NCBI GenBank assembly: GCA_001724265.1
Contig: MEDY01000409.1
Location: forward strand, 1 to 49,823
Length of the DNA: 49,823 nucleotides
Source: Rhizaria sp. SCN 62-66
Lineage: Eukaryota
Direction: 5' to 3'
Shown: positions 34,901 to 47,258 of the stretch, in pieces
Layout: every line of letters begins with the position of its first letter
Numbering within the stretch: position 1 is the stretch's first letter
Notes under the pieces: generated by a model
What the model saw: only the letters and a program-made list of their open reading frames with translations
What the model was told of the DNA's origin: nothing
Databases searched by the model: none
Translations under genes and position numbers: made by a program

Positions 34901-36153
34901 GCAGCGACGCGTCGGCCGACGACGCCGCTGCTGTCAAGCGCGCGCGCGGCGCTGCCACCGTCGGGAGCGCCGCCGCTTGCAGCGGGAGCGCCGCCGCGCT
35001 GGTGCCTGCGCTGCTGCGGCGCGTGCACGCGTGTGTGCTGCAGGCGCACCACCAGCACTTGCGCCACACGGCCGTGCGCGCGCTGCGCCGCTCTACACTG
35101 CTCACGCACACCGACGGCGCGGCGGTCGGGCGCGCGCATGCTGTCGCGCTGCTCCTGGCGGTGCGCTTGGCCGGCGACGGGAACGAGTCAGTGCGCACGT
35201 GCGCGCTCGCTGCGCTGCAGGAGGCTGCCGCGCACCGCGCTGCTGCGCACAGCGTCACCGCTCCCCAAGTTGCCGCCCACAGTGTCACCGTGCCTTGTCT
35301 CGACGCGGTTGGCGAGTGCGCGCGTCTGCTCGCGGCGACCTCCACGCGCGACGCCAGTGCGGGTGGCGCTGCTGCGGGCGCTGGCTCTGCTGCTGCTGCG
35401 GCTGCGGCTGCGTCGCAGCTCGCACTTAGCGCGTTCGCGACCGTGATCAGTGGGCCCGTGTACCACGCCACTGCTGCGGCGTTCGCTGCCACCGCCTTTG
35501 TCTCCCCCTCCGCGACCGCGACTACGACTGCAGTGACCGAGAGCGATGTGGAGATCGAGGCGCTGGCTCGCGAGCTGCAGCGGCCCGCGGGCAGCGCTGC
35601 ACAGGCAGTGATCGCGGCCAACTACCTCGACAACGACGACGGGCTCTACGCGCCCGAGAGCGCGGCCGTCAACGACGTGCTGTCCGAGCTGCTCGCGGCC
35701 GAGGCCGCCGCCGTGCCCGCCGCCGCCGCCTCCGCCGCTGCCGTGCCTGCTGCGACTGGTAGCGGTGCGGCCGCCGCCGCGGCGCGCGTGCTCGTTTGGG
35801 CACGCAACGCGCTTGAGGGCAATGCGGCCGCCGCGCGGGGACTTGCGCTGAGTGCGGCCGTGCCCGAGCTGTGCGTGGGCGCTGCGGAGGCTGACGCGGA
35901 GTCTGAGGCGGGCTCGCGGCTACAGAAGCGCACTATTGTCATGGCGCTTGTATGCGTTGGCGCCCGGGCCGCAGCAGCAGTGCGCGGCGCCGGCGCCGCC
36001 GCGAGTGCCGAGTGGCAAGCGGTGGTCAAGGCGGCGGAGAGCCGTGCGAACGAGCTTATTATGCGTGCTGAACAAAGCGGCGATGACTCGCTCTCGCTGG
36101 CGTTCTGGCGTGAGCGCGCCCGCGCGAGCGTCGCTGAGCTGCTTCGTGTTTAA
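27699..36153 (+). CDS. THADA: THADA/Trm732-like HEAT/ARM protein (DUF2428); exons 27699-27740 and 27802-36153, about 2797 aa
   Basis: DUF2428-type motifs LLATKHMGV, RRGAGLPF, RVHVLNLIRAV and GFACSNWNVRNAALLAFSA. A short first exon joins in frame across a GTATGG...TGTAG intron. Stop is TAA. Confidence 0.82.
27741..27801 (+). other. Spliceosomal intron (61 bp)
   Basis: GTATGG donor, T-rich body, CTGTAG acceptor. Links a 14-codon ATG-started exon in frame to the long ORF. Confidence 0.7.
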
Positions 36154-36552
36154 GTTAGAAACATCATAACTAAGTTATGGCGACTATCTAAGTACTTATT
36201 TAAACCTATACAGAATTGTTTTGCTCATGGACAAACTTGAAAAACCGCTCTCCCTTAAACATCTTGACGCATCCGCGCAAAATGCACTTTGGGTGCAAAG
36301 GAAGCTTGCGTCACCACTGGTGGCCATCCGGCCGGCTCTCTCCCACAGTCAGTTGGCTCCCTTACAGATATTATTCCCACCCCTCAAACAAGATGACACC
36401 GACGCGAATATTGCTGGAAGTCTTGTGTTTAGACTTCATACGCAACTGCATTGCTATTTGTTTATTTAGACGTCTAGAGCTGCTTGCAATCATGCTCACT
36501 TGGGTCTCCTTTCTCCATACGTTTTCTCCTTGTCCTCGACAGAGTGGTGAGG

Positions 36553-39500
36553 ATGGGCCATCTCTTCCGCAGTGAGGAGATGTGCTACGTCCAAATTAAA
36601 TGTGTCGACGACGCCAAAGAGCTTACGACCATTGAGCTTGGCGCGTTTGCCAAGTTCCAACCAACAGACGTACGTCGCTCTCCCTTCTTCATATCCCCTC
36701 GTCCTCTCCAGACTCGTTTCATCTCTCACTCATCATTCTGTCGTCATCCATGCTCACTGCTCCGGCATCATCGTTTCGCCTTGTGTTTTGCATGTCGCCG
36801 TACAGCTATCGACCGACGCCGGTCCCAACGAGGGTCCGCGCTACATCGGCCTCCGCCGCCACGCACAGGAAGTCTCGGCGGTAGAGAACCGTCTGTCGAA
36901 TCTCGTTGCGCTGTGCGAGCGGTACAAGGTCGCAATCCCGCGCTCCACGCGCTCCGGCTTTGACCGCCTGCTGCGCGCCAACTTTACGCAGATGCTGCCC
37001 GTACTCGCGCAGGCCGAGGCCGAGCTGGGCGGCCACCGCACGACGCTGACGTCGCTGCGGCGCACGTTGCTGACCGCGTCCGAAGACAAAGCAGTGCTCA
37101 CGCTCGCGCGCACGTTTCACGACGAGTCCGGCGGCGACCGCGCGCTGATGGCGCGTCTGGCCACCTCCTCCGAGGCTGGACTGCGGCGGCGGCGCGGCAC
37201 GGGCGCTGCGGCGCGCGAGATCGAGATGGCGCCCGTGACTCCGGTCGGCAGCGGCTTTGAGTCGGACCTCGACCCTGAGCTTGGCGCGCTTTCACGGCTC
37301 AACGCCGTGGCGTGCGGGGTGGTCGACGCCGTGCAGACGCCCCTGCTGGAGCGCGTTGTGCAGCGGCTGTCGCGCGGGACCACGTTCGCGCGGTTTATCG
37401 ACATCCCGGAGCCTTTTTACGATGCCGAGGCTGGTCGCTTCGTGCGCAAGGCCTTCTTCTACCTCGTCCTGCTCGGCCGCGGGCTCGAAACCAAGGTCGC
37501 GCGCCTCTGCTCCTCGCTTGGCGGCCGCCTGGTCCCGCTGCCCGACTCCTCCCAGGGGTACGACGACCTGCTCGAGGCCGCCGAGACGGCCGCTGCCGAC
37601 ACGCGCACGGCGATTCAAGCCACCGAGCGCATGATCGTGCAAATCCTCACCGATCTCGCAGGCGCCAACGCCGACGGGCCCGGCGCCGCTGCGCTCCCCG
37701 GCGCGACACCTTCCTCTGCCGCCGCGGGCGCCAGCAGCAGCAGCAGTAGCAGTCTCGCGGGACTGTCCCTCAGCGGTGGCGCCAACGCGGGCGGCGCGGG
37801 CGCCAACGGCGCGTCGCCGCTGCGCATGCTCGAGGCCGCCGTCACACGCGAGCGGCACGTCGTCGAGGCGCTAAGCCGCGCGGCGTTCACGGAGCGCTAC
37901 GTCATCTTCGAGGGTTGGATCCCGCGGTTCGCGCGGCGCGAGTTAGTCCAGCGCATGCGGCGCATCCAGCGGCACGACTCATCACTATCTGCGCCCGCGG
38001 TTGTGTTTATCCCGGGCGCCGTGGCGCGCGCCGCACAGCGCGGGCCGCCACCGACGCTTATCCGCACCGACTCCTTCTCGGGGTTGTTCCAGTCGATCGT
38101 GGACACGTACGGCGTGCCGCGGTACCGCGAAGTGAACCCCGGTCTGTTCACCATCGTGACGTTCCCGTTCTTGTTCGCGGTCATGTTCGGCGACATCGGC
38201 CACGGCGCCGCGCTGCTTGTCGTGGGGCTCTACTTTGTGCTCACGCGCGCGACGTGGGAGCGCCGTATTCGTCTGCACCGCGCTGGGGAGCTCGCCGCGG
38301 GGCTGTTTGCCGCGCGCTGGATGCTGCTGCTGATGGGCATTTTCTCGCTCTATATGGGGCTTATTTACAACGATCTCTTCTCACTGCCCGTGAGTCTTTT
38401 CGGCAGCGCCAACTACGTCAAGCCCGTCGTCCCCGTGGGCATGCGTGCCGGTAACCACAAGCTGTGGAACGGACAGGTGTACCCGTTTGGCATGGATCCC
38501 GGATGGGGTCACGCCAAGAACGAGCTCCAGTACCGCAACTCGTTCAAGATGAAGATGGCCGTTGTGTTGGGTGTGCTGCACATGACGCTCGGTATCATCC
38601 TCTCGGTGTTTAACCACGTGCACTTCGGCGACACGATCTCGCTGGTGACCGAGTTTATTCCGCGCCTTCTCTTTCTGACCTGCACGTTTGGCTACATGAT
38701 CTTCATGATCTTTTACAAGTGGTGCGTCAATTGGTTCGCCATCTCAAAGCAGCCGCCGAATCTGATCCAGAGCATGATCTCCATGTTCCTCAAGCTCGGC
38801 GACCCCGGCGCAGACCCGCTCTACGCGGGCCAGCTCTCGGCACAGCGCGTCCTGCTCTTCATCTCAGTCGCCACGCTGCCAGTCATGTTCCTCGCCAAGC
38901 CGCTGCTGCTCTACCGCAAGCAGCAGGCGCGCCACGCCCGCTACCAGCGTCTCAACGACGACCACGGTGGTGGCGACGGCGGCCGCAGCAGCAGCGGCGG
39001 GCCGATCGCGAGCGACGGAATGCCACAGGGGCTTGATGGCGCGGCCTCCCCCGCGGTCTCGGTCGGCAACGACGTCGTTGGCAGCGGCAACGGCAGCGGC
39101 GGCAGCAACGGCGAGAGCGGCAGCGACCACCACAGCCTGTCCGATCTTATGATCCACCAGGCGATCCACACCATTGAGTTTGTGCTCGGCGCCGTCTCTA
39201 ACACGGCGTCGTATCTCCGTCTCTGGGCGCTCTCTTTGGCCCACGCGCAGCTGAGTTCGGTGTTTTGGGACAAGATCCTGATGGAGTACGGCATCAACAA
39301 GGGCCCGTTCTTTGCCTTTATCGCGTGGGCCGGCTGGGCGGGCGCCACGGGCGGCGTGCTCCTCGGTATGGACGCGCTCGAGTGCTTCCTCCACGCCCTG
39401 CGCCTGCACTGGGTCGAGTTCCAGAACAAGTTCTACTACGCAGACGGCCGCGCGTGGGCGCCCATGTCTCTCGCCGCCAGCGCCGTGTCTCTGGGCGACA

Positions 39501-40027
39501 TGGCGCGCGAGGCTCAGGCGGAGCAGCGCAAGCGGTCCGTCACTGTCGCGGCCGCGGCTGCGGCTGCGGCTGCGGGCGGCGAGACTGCCGCCGCGGCCGG
39601 ACTGGGCGCGGGCGGCGTGTCGAGCGACGCGGGGTATTATGGCGAGCTCGACGGGTTCGACGGCAGCGTCGCGGGCGCGGGCGACGACGACGACGACTTC
39701 TCCGACGATGACGGCGACGACGATGACGACGGCGGCGGCCACGGAGGCGGGCGGCGCCGCGGCGGCGCAGGCGACGGCGACCTCAGCGACGGGCTGGGGC
39801 TCGGCGACGAGGAGACGCTCTTCGCGGCGCCGCTGGGCGGGGACGCGTACGACAGCAGCGGACGCCGAGTGCGCGCCGGAGGGCTGCTCGACGGTAGCGC
39901 CGACGATGGCAGCGACACTGACGAGGACGACGGGTACTTCCGCGAGGTTGACGACGAGGGCGCTGCAGCGGCCGAGGCCCGCAACAGGCTCATGTCGCGC
40001 GTTCAGTTCGACCAGGCCTCGCCTTGA
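36553..40027 (+). CDS. V-type H+-ATPase V0 subunit a; exons 36553-36669 and 36806-40027, about 1112 aa
   Basis: MGHLFRSEEM N-terminus, FQSIVDTYGVPRYREVNPG, TFPFLFAVMFGDIGHG, NSFKMKMAV, IHTIEFVLGAVSNTASYLRLWALSLAH (essential Arg present) and LHALRLHWVEFQNKFY. Stop is TGA. Confidence 0.95.
36670..36805 (+). other. Spliceosomal intron (136 bp)
   Basis: GTACGT donor after FQPTD, pyrimidine-rich body, TACAG acceptor. Removal restores the frame. Confidence 0.88.
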
Positions 40028-40405
40028 TCGGCGCAGTGAACGCAGCCGTGATGTCGTCGTGTGACTTCTGACAGTGACGAGGACAGTGACAGGAGCAGTT
40101 GTCATCAATTGTAGAAATTGGGCGAGCATGTTTCTCTGTCCAGCTGTTTGTCAATGTGTGGTCTATTTAATGTTAAGCTTATGATACAATCGTATGTCGA
40201 TTCATGGGTGCGTTATAATTAGGGTGTGTAAAATCAAGACTTATGTATCAGAGTGGCCATTTTGTTGTTGCTTGTGGAAGGGCCAACAGAAAGAAAAATA
40301 TCTATCGCAAAGCAAAGAAAAAGAAAAATACATGAATAAAATGACAAATACTATTATTACGTGTTATACTGTAGAGACCTCGCCTTACTTCTCTTCGCGT
40401 ATTTT

Positions 40406-42016
40406 TTACGCCGAGGGCGTGAAGACGCGGAGCGTGCGGTCCTTGCCCGCGCCCGCCGTGACCACTGAGCCGAGCTTGGGGCCGAAGGCTGCGGCGATGC
40501 ACGCGGAGGCGAGCTCGGCGGACTCGGCGTCGACAGGCAGCGCAGACTTCACCACACTCCAGTCCTTCGCCTTGTAGACCACAAACCCGCTGCCAGTGGC
40601 TACGACGAGCGCGGTACCCGACGCGCCGTCGAAGCGGACGCCGCGCACGGGGACGCCCGCGGCGGGCTCCAGCCGCTGCACGCACGTCTGCGAGCGGAGA
40701 TCCCACACGCAGACGCGGCCCACGGCGTCGCCCGAGGCCATGATGTACCCGTTGGGCGAGCACGCGACCGCGGTGACGGCGGCGGTGTGGTCGTGCATTA
40801 CGCACGCGACGGCGCGCGACAGCAGCTCGACGAGCAGGAGACGGCCCGTGGCATCGCCCGCAACGACCATGAGCCCGTCGGGGTGGAAGCACAGCGCGGA
40901 CACAGCGCCCATGTCGGCGTGCGAGAACACGCCAGCCGCCGCGCCGGTTGACGCATCCCAGAGACGCCACGTCTTGTCGGCGCCGCCGGTAGCGACGAGG
41001 CGGCCGGTGGGGTGCACGTCAACGGCGGCGACGGCGCCCGCGTGGCCGACCAGCGGCGTCACGGCGAGCCCCGACGCCGCGGCCGAGGACAGCACGGGCG
41101 CGGTCACCAGCGCGGCGGACCCGTCACTGGCGCCAGAAACAGCGACGAGCGGGCCGTCGGCGGCGTCGGCCCATGCCGCGAGAGCCGCGACGGGGTACGC
41201 ATGAACCTTCTCGGCCACGGCGACGAGCGCGCCCGCTGCCGAGTCGAACAGGGCCACCGCGCCGTCCGCGCCGCCCGTGGCGAGCAACGGGGTCGCGCCC
41301 GTGGCGGCCACGGCGCCGGAGAGCTGGGCGAGCGCAGTGACGCCGGGGACTGTGGTGGCGTGGGCCGCGACGGCCCTCGCGGGCGCTGCGGGCAGCGATG
41401 CCAGCGCAGCGAGGTTCGCCGCCGTTGCGGCAGTCGCGGCCTTGACCTGCGCGCGGCGCGAGGCGGTCAGCTCGCCGGCGCGCGCGGTCACGGCGGCGGC
41501 GACAGTGGCGGGGAGCGACACTGCGGCAGCGGAGGCGTCGTCGGTCATCGCGGCGGGTGCGGCGGAAGCGGAGGCGGCAGAGACAGCGGAGACGGCCTGG
41601 CGCACGGTGGCGTCAACCTGGCCCAGCGCGGCCTGTGCGTCGTCGCGCTCCTTGATCAGGCGCGCGATGACGCGGTTGGCGGCGTCGACCTGGTACAGAG
41701 CGTGTGCAAGCTCCTGACGCAGCAGGTCCGCGTTGCGCTTGAGGTTAAAGGCCTCGAGCACGCTGGCGTCCCACTCGGCCTGCAGCATCTGCAGCAGCGC
41801 CGGGAACGATGCCGCCGTGGGCGGGCGCGGGCGCACGAAGGGCGAGGTGGTCTTGATCGTGATGAGGTCGTCCACGCTCAACGGCTCGCGCGTGATGGGG
41901 CACTGGTGCGTCGCCTCGATGTGCCGAAGGATGAGACGCTTCTCAAACACGTGGCCCGTCTTGACAGACACCACTGGCTCCTCAGGCAGCACGCCCGACA
42001 GTGCACAGGTCGCCAT
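40406..42016 (-). CDS. PRP19: Pre-mRNA processing factor 19 (U-box, coiled coil, WD40), 536 aa
   Basis: CALSGVLPEEPVVSVKTGHVFEKRLI (U-box), RPRPPTAASFPALLQMLQAEWD, LRQELAHALYQVDAANRVIARL, then WD40 repeats. Stop is TAA. Confidence 0.95.
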   Translation of the reverse strand: MATCALSGVLPEEPVVSVKTGHVFEKRLILRHIEATHQCPITREPLSVDDLITIKTTSPFVRPRPPTAASFPALLQMLQAEWDASVLEAFNLKRNADLLRQELAHALYQVDAANRVIARLIKERDDAQAALGQVDATVRQAVSAVSAASASAAPAAMTDDASAAAVSLPATVAAAVTARAGELTASRRAQVKAATAATAANLAALASLPAAPARAVAAHATTVPGVTALAQLSGAVAATGATPLLATGGADGAVALFDSAAGALVAVAEKVHAYPVAALAAWADAADGPLVAVSGASDGSAALVTAPVLSSAAASGLAVTPLVGHAGAVAAVDVHPTGRLVATGGADKTWRLWDASTGAAAGVFSHADMGAVSALCFHPDGLMVVAGDATGRLLLVELLSRAVACVMHDHTAAVTAVACSPNGYIMASGDAVGRVCVWDLRSQTCVQRLEPAAGVPVRGVRFDGASGTALVVATGSGFVVYKAKDWSVVKSALPVDAESAELASACIAAAFGPKLGSVVTAGAGKDRTLRVFTPSA

Positions 42017-42586
42017 GTCTTACTTCGGTCTTGATAGCGGGCAAGCGTTCGGATCGCGGCAGCATCAAACAAGGAAGGTATCAGAGGAGAAGAAAGAGTA
42101 GATGTGAATGGAAATTAAAAACTTAGAATTATGGGCCATGTGCAGTTACCACCATCACGCCTATAGCCGCATAAATCCTGACCGAGACCTCTATCATGAG
42201 AAAAGCGCTTGGGTGTGCGAGACAACCTCAACTACATCGAAGAGCGCGAAAATGAGATCAGAGAGGACCATCCGGATCAACTGCTGAAAATTTACAGTGT
42301 GCTCATATAAGATGCGCCATATTTAACCCTTAAAATTTTATCAGGGATTTAAACAACGTTATGTTCACCGAGGATGAGAACTGAGAACATTCGCGGCGGT
42401 CGAGCCGTTTGTTTCCACTCACTGCTGTGGACCCGGGCAGGTTCGCAAAAAAAGCTGGCGAGACGAAGAACAGACAGAGTTAACTAGAGCGGGCAAAAAC
42501 TACCTCTGAAACTTGGCTAATTCTCCGTCAACCGCTCTGCTGATCCTTCACAGTTCTTTTACAGACGGGTTTTACTGTGCCCGCAA

Positions 42587-45500
42587 ATGTTTCAAGTCAG
42601 TTCTTTAAACGTGGCCGTCCGCCGCGCTAGTGAGGGACTGACTCGGGGCTTGCTGGCTTCGACAGCTTCCTCTCACTCACTTCCCGCTGGCAGCGTGGTC
42701 TCTGCGACTTTTTCCCGCAACGGCCATCCTTGTCGCTATGCTTGGGCGCGCCCTTCTGCTGCCGCGCGCCCATCGACCTCGTCGGCGCGCCTCTTCAGCT
42801 CCAGCGCTCCCGCCACGCCGGATCCTTCGGCGCCTCCGTCGGCCGCGACCGCAGCCGCGACCGCAGTGGACGTATCCGAGCCCATCCTGCTCTACAACAG
42901 CCTCTCGGGCCGCCTTGAGCCCCTGCGGCGCACAGACTCGTCATTGACGGCCTCGGGCGCGCCGCGGCCCCTGCGCTGGTACCTGTGCGGCCCCACCGTG
43001 TACGACGCGGCGCATCTCGGCCACGCCCGCACGTACGTCAGCTTCGACCTGCTCCATCGTGCGCTCACAGACGTGCTTGGCGCGCCCGTAGACCTGGCCA
43101 TGGGCGTTACTGATATTGATGACAAAATCCTTGCCCGCGCGCGCACCGCCGGTGTCCCGTGGCGGCTGCTCGCGCGACATTTCGAGTACCAATTCCGCTC
43201 TGATCTGTTAACGCTCAATGTCCGGCCCCCAGCGGTATTCCTGCGCGTATCCTAGCACGTGCCCGACGTTGTGGCCTTTGTCGCCGCCATCGCCGCGCGC
43301 GGGCTTGCGTATGAGGCCGCCGACGGCGTGTATTTTGACACCACGGCCTTCCGCGCGCATGGTCACGCGTACGGCAAGCTTCGCCTCGCGCCAGAAGCCG
43401 TGGAGCGGCAATACGCAGCGTTCGCGGCCGCACGCGCGCGCGCGCGCGCCACGGCGGCGACCGCGGATGCGAGTGAGGTTGACGCGGCCGGACTGGTGTC
43501 GCTCGACGCTGAACTGGGCGTTTCAGGCGTTGACGTCGACACCGGTTCCGCCCGCGACACCAACACCAACGCAAACTCCGCGGGCACACGGGCACAGCAG
43601 GATTTGGCTGCGCTGGGCGGGATGGGCGGCTCGACCGGTCGATTTGTCTCCGCCTCGGCAGCCGCACGGTCGTTCAAGAGCGCAGAGGCCGACTTCGCTC
43701 TCTGGAAGAAAGTCACAGTCACCGACACCGGCGCAGCCACTTGCTCTGGCTCCGGCGCTAGTGCCAGTGCAGCAACTGATGCGGACGAGGCGTGGTGGGC
43801 GTCCCCGTGGGGACCCGGCCGCCCTGGCTGGCACATCGAATGCTCCGCGATGACGGCCGCGCTCTGGGGCCCGCGGCTTGACTTGCACGGCGGCGGCGTC
43901 GACCTCCGCTTCCCGCACCACTGCAACGAAATTGCGCAGGGCGAGGCGCGCTTTGGCTGGGCGCAGGTCCTCTCCGACGAGGCTGGCTGCGTTGCCGCCG
44001 CGAATGGCAGCGGCACTGGCGGCTGTGGCGACAGCCACGCCCGCGATGATGACGCGTGTGTCGTCGTGCGCCTTGACGATGGCTCGGACTCGGGCTCTGG
44101 CTCTGGCTCTGACCCGGGTACGCGCGTGCACTCGCGCCGCGGCGAGTGGTGCCCACAGTGGGCACACACCGGTCACTTGCATATCACAGGCCGCAAAATG
44201 TCTAAATCGCTTAAGAACTTCGTCACGGTCCGCGAGCTCCTCGCCGCGGGCACCTCTGCCGACGAGTTCCGCATGCTCTGCCTCCAGGCGCACTACCGCG
44301 CCGGGCTCGACTACGCGCCTGAGCGCCTCCGCGCCGCGCGCGCCGCCATCACCGCCGTCAGGGACTTCTGGGAACTCGTGGCGCGCACGGTTGCTGCGTC
44401 GCCGTCTGCCGTGCCGCAGGGCGCCGCGCCCCGCGCTGCCGCTGCCGCCTATGGCGCCGCGCTCACAGCTACTAATGCTAATACAACCGCTCGCTCTTCT
44501 GCCGAGCGCGTGTGGGACGCGCCGCTGCGGCCGCGGCCGGCGGACCTCGCGCTCGCCGCTGCAGTCTCGGCCTGTCGCGCTGACGTGCTCGCCGCGTGTC
44601 GCAACGACTTCGACGGGCCGCGCGTGCTCGCCGCGCTGCAGGATCTCTGCGCGGCCGGCCGCAGGCACGCGTTGGAGCCCGCGCCGGCGCCGCACCTGCT
44701 CCAGTTGGCGGCCGCTGAGACTGCGCGCGTGCTCCGCCTGCTGGGCTTCCGCTTTGCCGGCGCACCCGACGAGGCCGCCGCGTCCCCCTTTGCCGCCTCT
44801 GCCTCCGCTGCTGCTGCTGCTGGAGCGCTCGACGCTGACTCTAGCGCGGGCGCGGTGTGGCGTGCCGACGTGACCGCGGCTGACGTGGCGATGGCCCACC
44901 CAGACGCGGCACCCGCGGCGGTGCGCGAGGCGCTTTGGCCGCGGCTTGCAGGGCTCAAGGGTGCAGACGCCGCCGCAGCGCTCGCCGCCGCAGAGGTGGA
45001 GGCGCGCGCTGCTGCGGCCGCCACTGCTGGAAGTGGGAGCCCGACTGCAGCTGCGCAGTTGCGGTGGCCGGCGGAGGCGGTGGCGCCCGCGGCGGCCATC
45101 GCGGACGCGTTGGCATCCTTCCGTGGTCAAGTCCGCGCCGCTGCACTGCGAACTACGCAGCCGCAGTCGACACAGTCGCATCCTACACAGCTACAGTCTG
45201 AGTCTGATGCACAGTCGCAGTCAACGTCGGCGGCGGCGGCGTTGAAGCTGAGCGGCAAGAATGGCGCTGCAGCGCAGGCGGCCGCGGCGCTGGCGTCCGC
45301 CGAGGCCGCTGGCTCCGCGACGGCGGCCGTGCCTGTGGAGGTGCTGCGCGCTCTCTCCACTGGCGCGGCCGCGGGCGGGGCTCTGGCAGCGCGCGTACTT
45401 GCACTGTGCGACGAGGAACGCGACGTGACGCTGCCCGCGCTGGGGTTTGCGCTCAAGGACGTCGCCACCGCGAGCGACGTCGCGCAGCAACAACAGCTGC

Positions 45501-45745
45501 AGCAGCAGCAGCAGGGCGAGCATGAGAGTGCAAATAAAGGGTATTTCTTGCGGGCGCTGCATGCGGGCGAGGCGGCTGAGATGCAGCGCGCGCTGCTCGA
45601 GGCCGCACAGGCGCGCGTCGCCAAGGCTGGCGGCTCCGCCAAGCCTGCCGCGGGCGCCAAGGCCAGCAAGGTATTGGGGGCTGCGGCTGCGGCTGCGAGC
45701 GCGACGGCGAGTGCTGACAAGGACAAGAGCAAGGGCAAGAAGTGA
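42587..45745 (+). CDS. CARS2: Cysteinyl-tRNA synthetase, mitochondrial type, one in-frame TAG at 43253-43255, about 1052 aa
   Basis: [18 protein letters not shown] (HIGH) and TDIDDKI lie before the [42 protein letters not shown] and KMSKSLKN lie after it in the same frame. Arg/Ser-rich presequence-like N-terminus. Stop is TGA. Confidence 0.93.
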
Positions 45746-46139
45746 ACTGTGTTGTGTTGGCTCTGGGAAACGAAATAGCAACATGTGTATTTAATATTTA
45801 TTGATCTTGATTATAAAAAATTAGAGATAACCTGAAACACTGATAAAATTATTGCGACCCCTAAACCTGCAAATATATCACATCAAATGCGTCGGTCTCA
45901 ACATCGAGTGACTCGGTTGCTCACAGTCACTTGCGAGGCTGCGTGGGTTACAGCGAAACGAGAGCTGGACGGGAAACTTGGGGAGGTCAGAAAACTGGAA
46001 AATAGGCGATAGCTGCTGGTTAAACATGTGAAAGCGCATTTTATATGTGCCTGCTGGTCTAATTTTAAATTTGTTTTGATGCCGTAGCGCTGTCCTGCGT
46101 GTTTAATCGGGCCTTGCCGTAAACCTTCCTCCGCACTGA

Positions 46140-47258
<1,119 letters not shown>

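Noticed and set aside
36227-36550. Upstream ORF before V-ATPase that could extend through TAG 36467-36469
   Set aside because: Ends at TGA 36548-36550, out of frame with the V-ATPase ATG, lacks coding-type codon bias and has no recognisable motif.
42400-42460. Possible tRNA (GGTTCG) that might be a CUA-anticodon suppressor
   Set aside because: No cloverleaf, acceptor stem or D arm could be built by eye; no tRNA gene was identified in the window.
43253-43320. Pyrrolysine, selenocysteine or motif-programmed readthrough at the TAG codons
   Set aside because: Selenocysteine uses UGA, pyrrolysine is not known in eukaryotes, and the six TAGs share no downstream readthrough motif such as CARYYA.
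42587-45745. CysRS, TERT and mevalonate kinase as pseudogenes
   Set aside because: Catalytic motifs are intact, there are no frameshifts, and every interruption is the same codon (TAG), which no gene here uses as its terminator.
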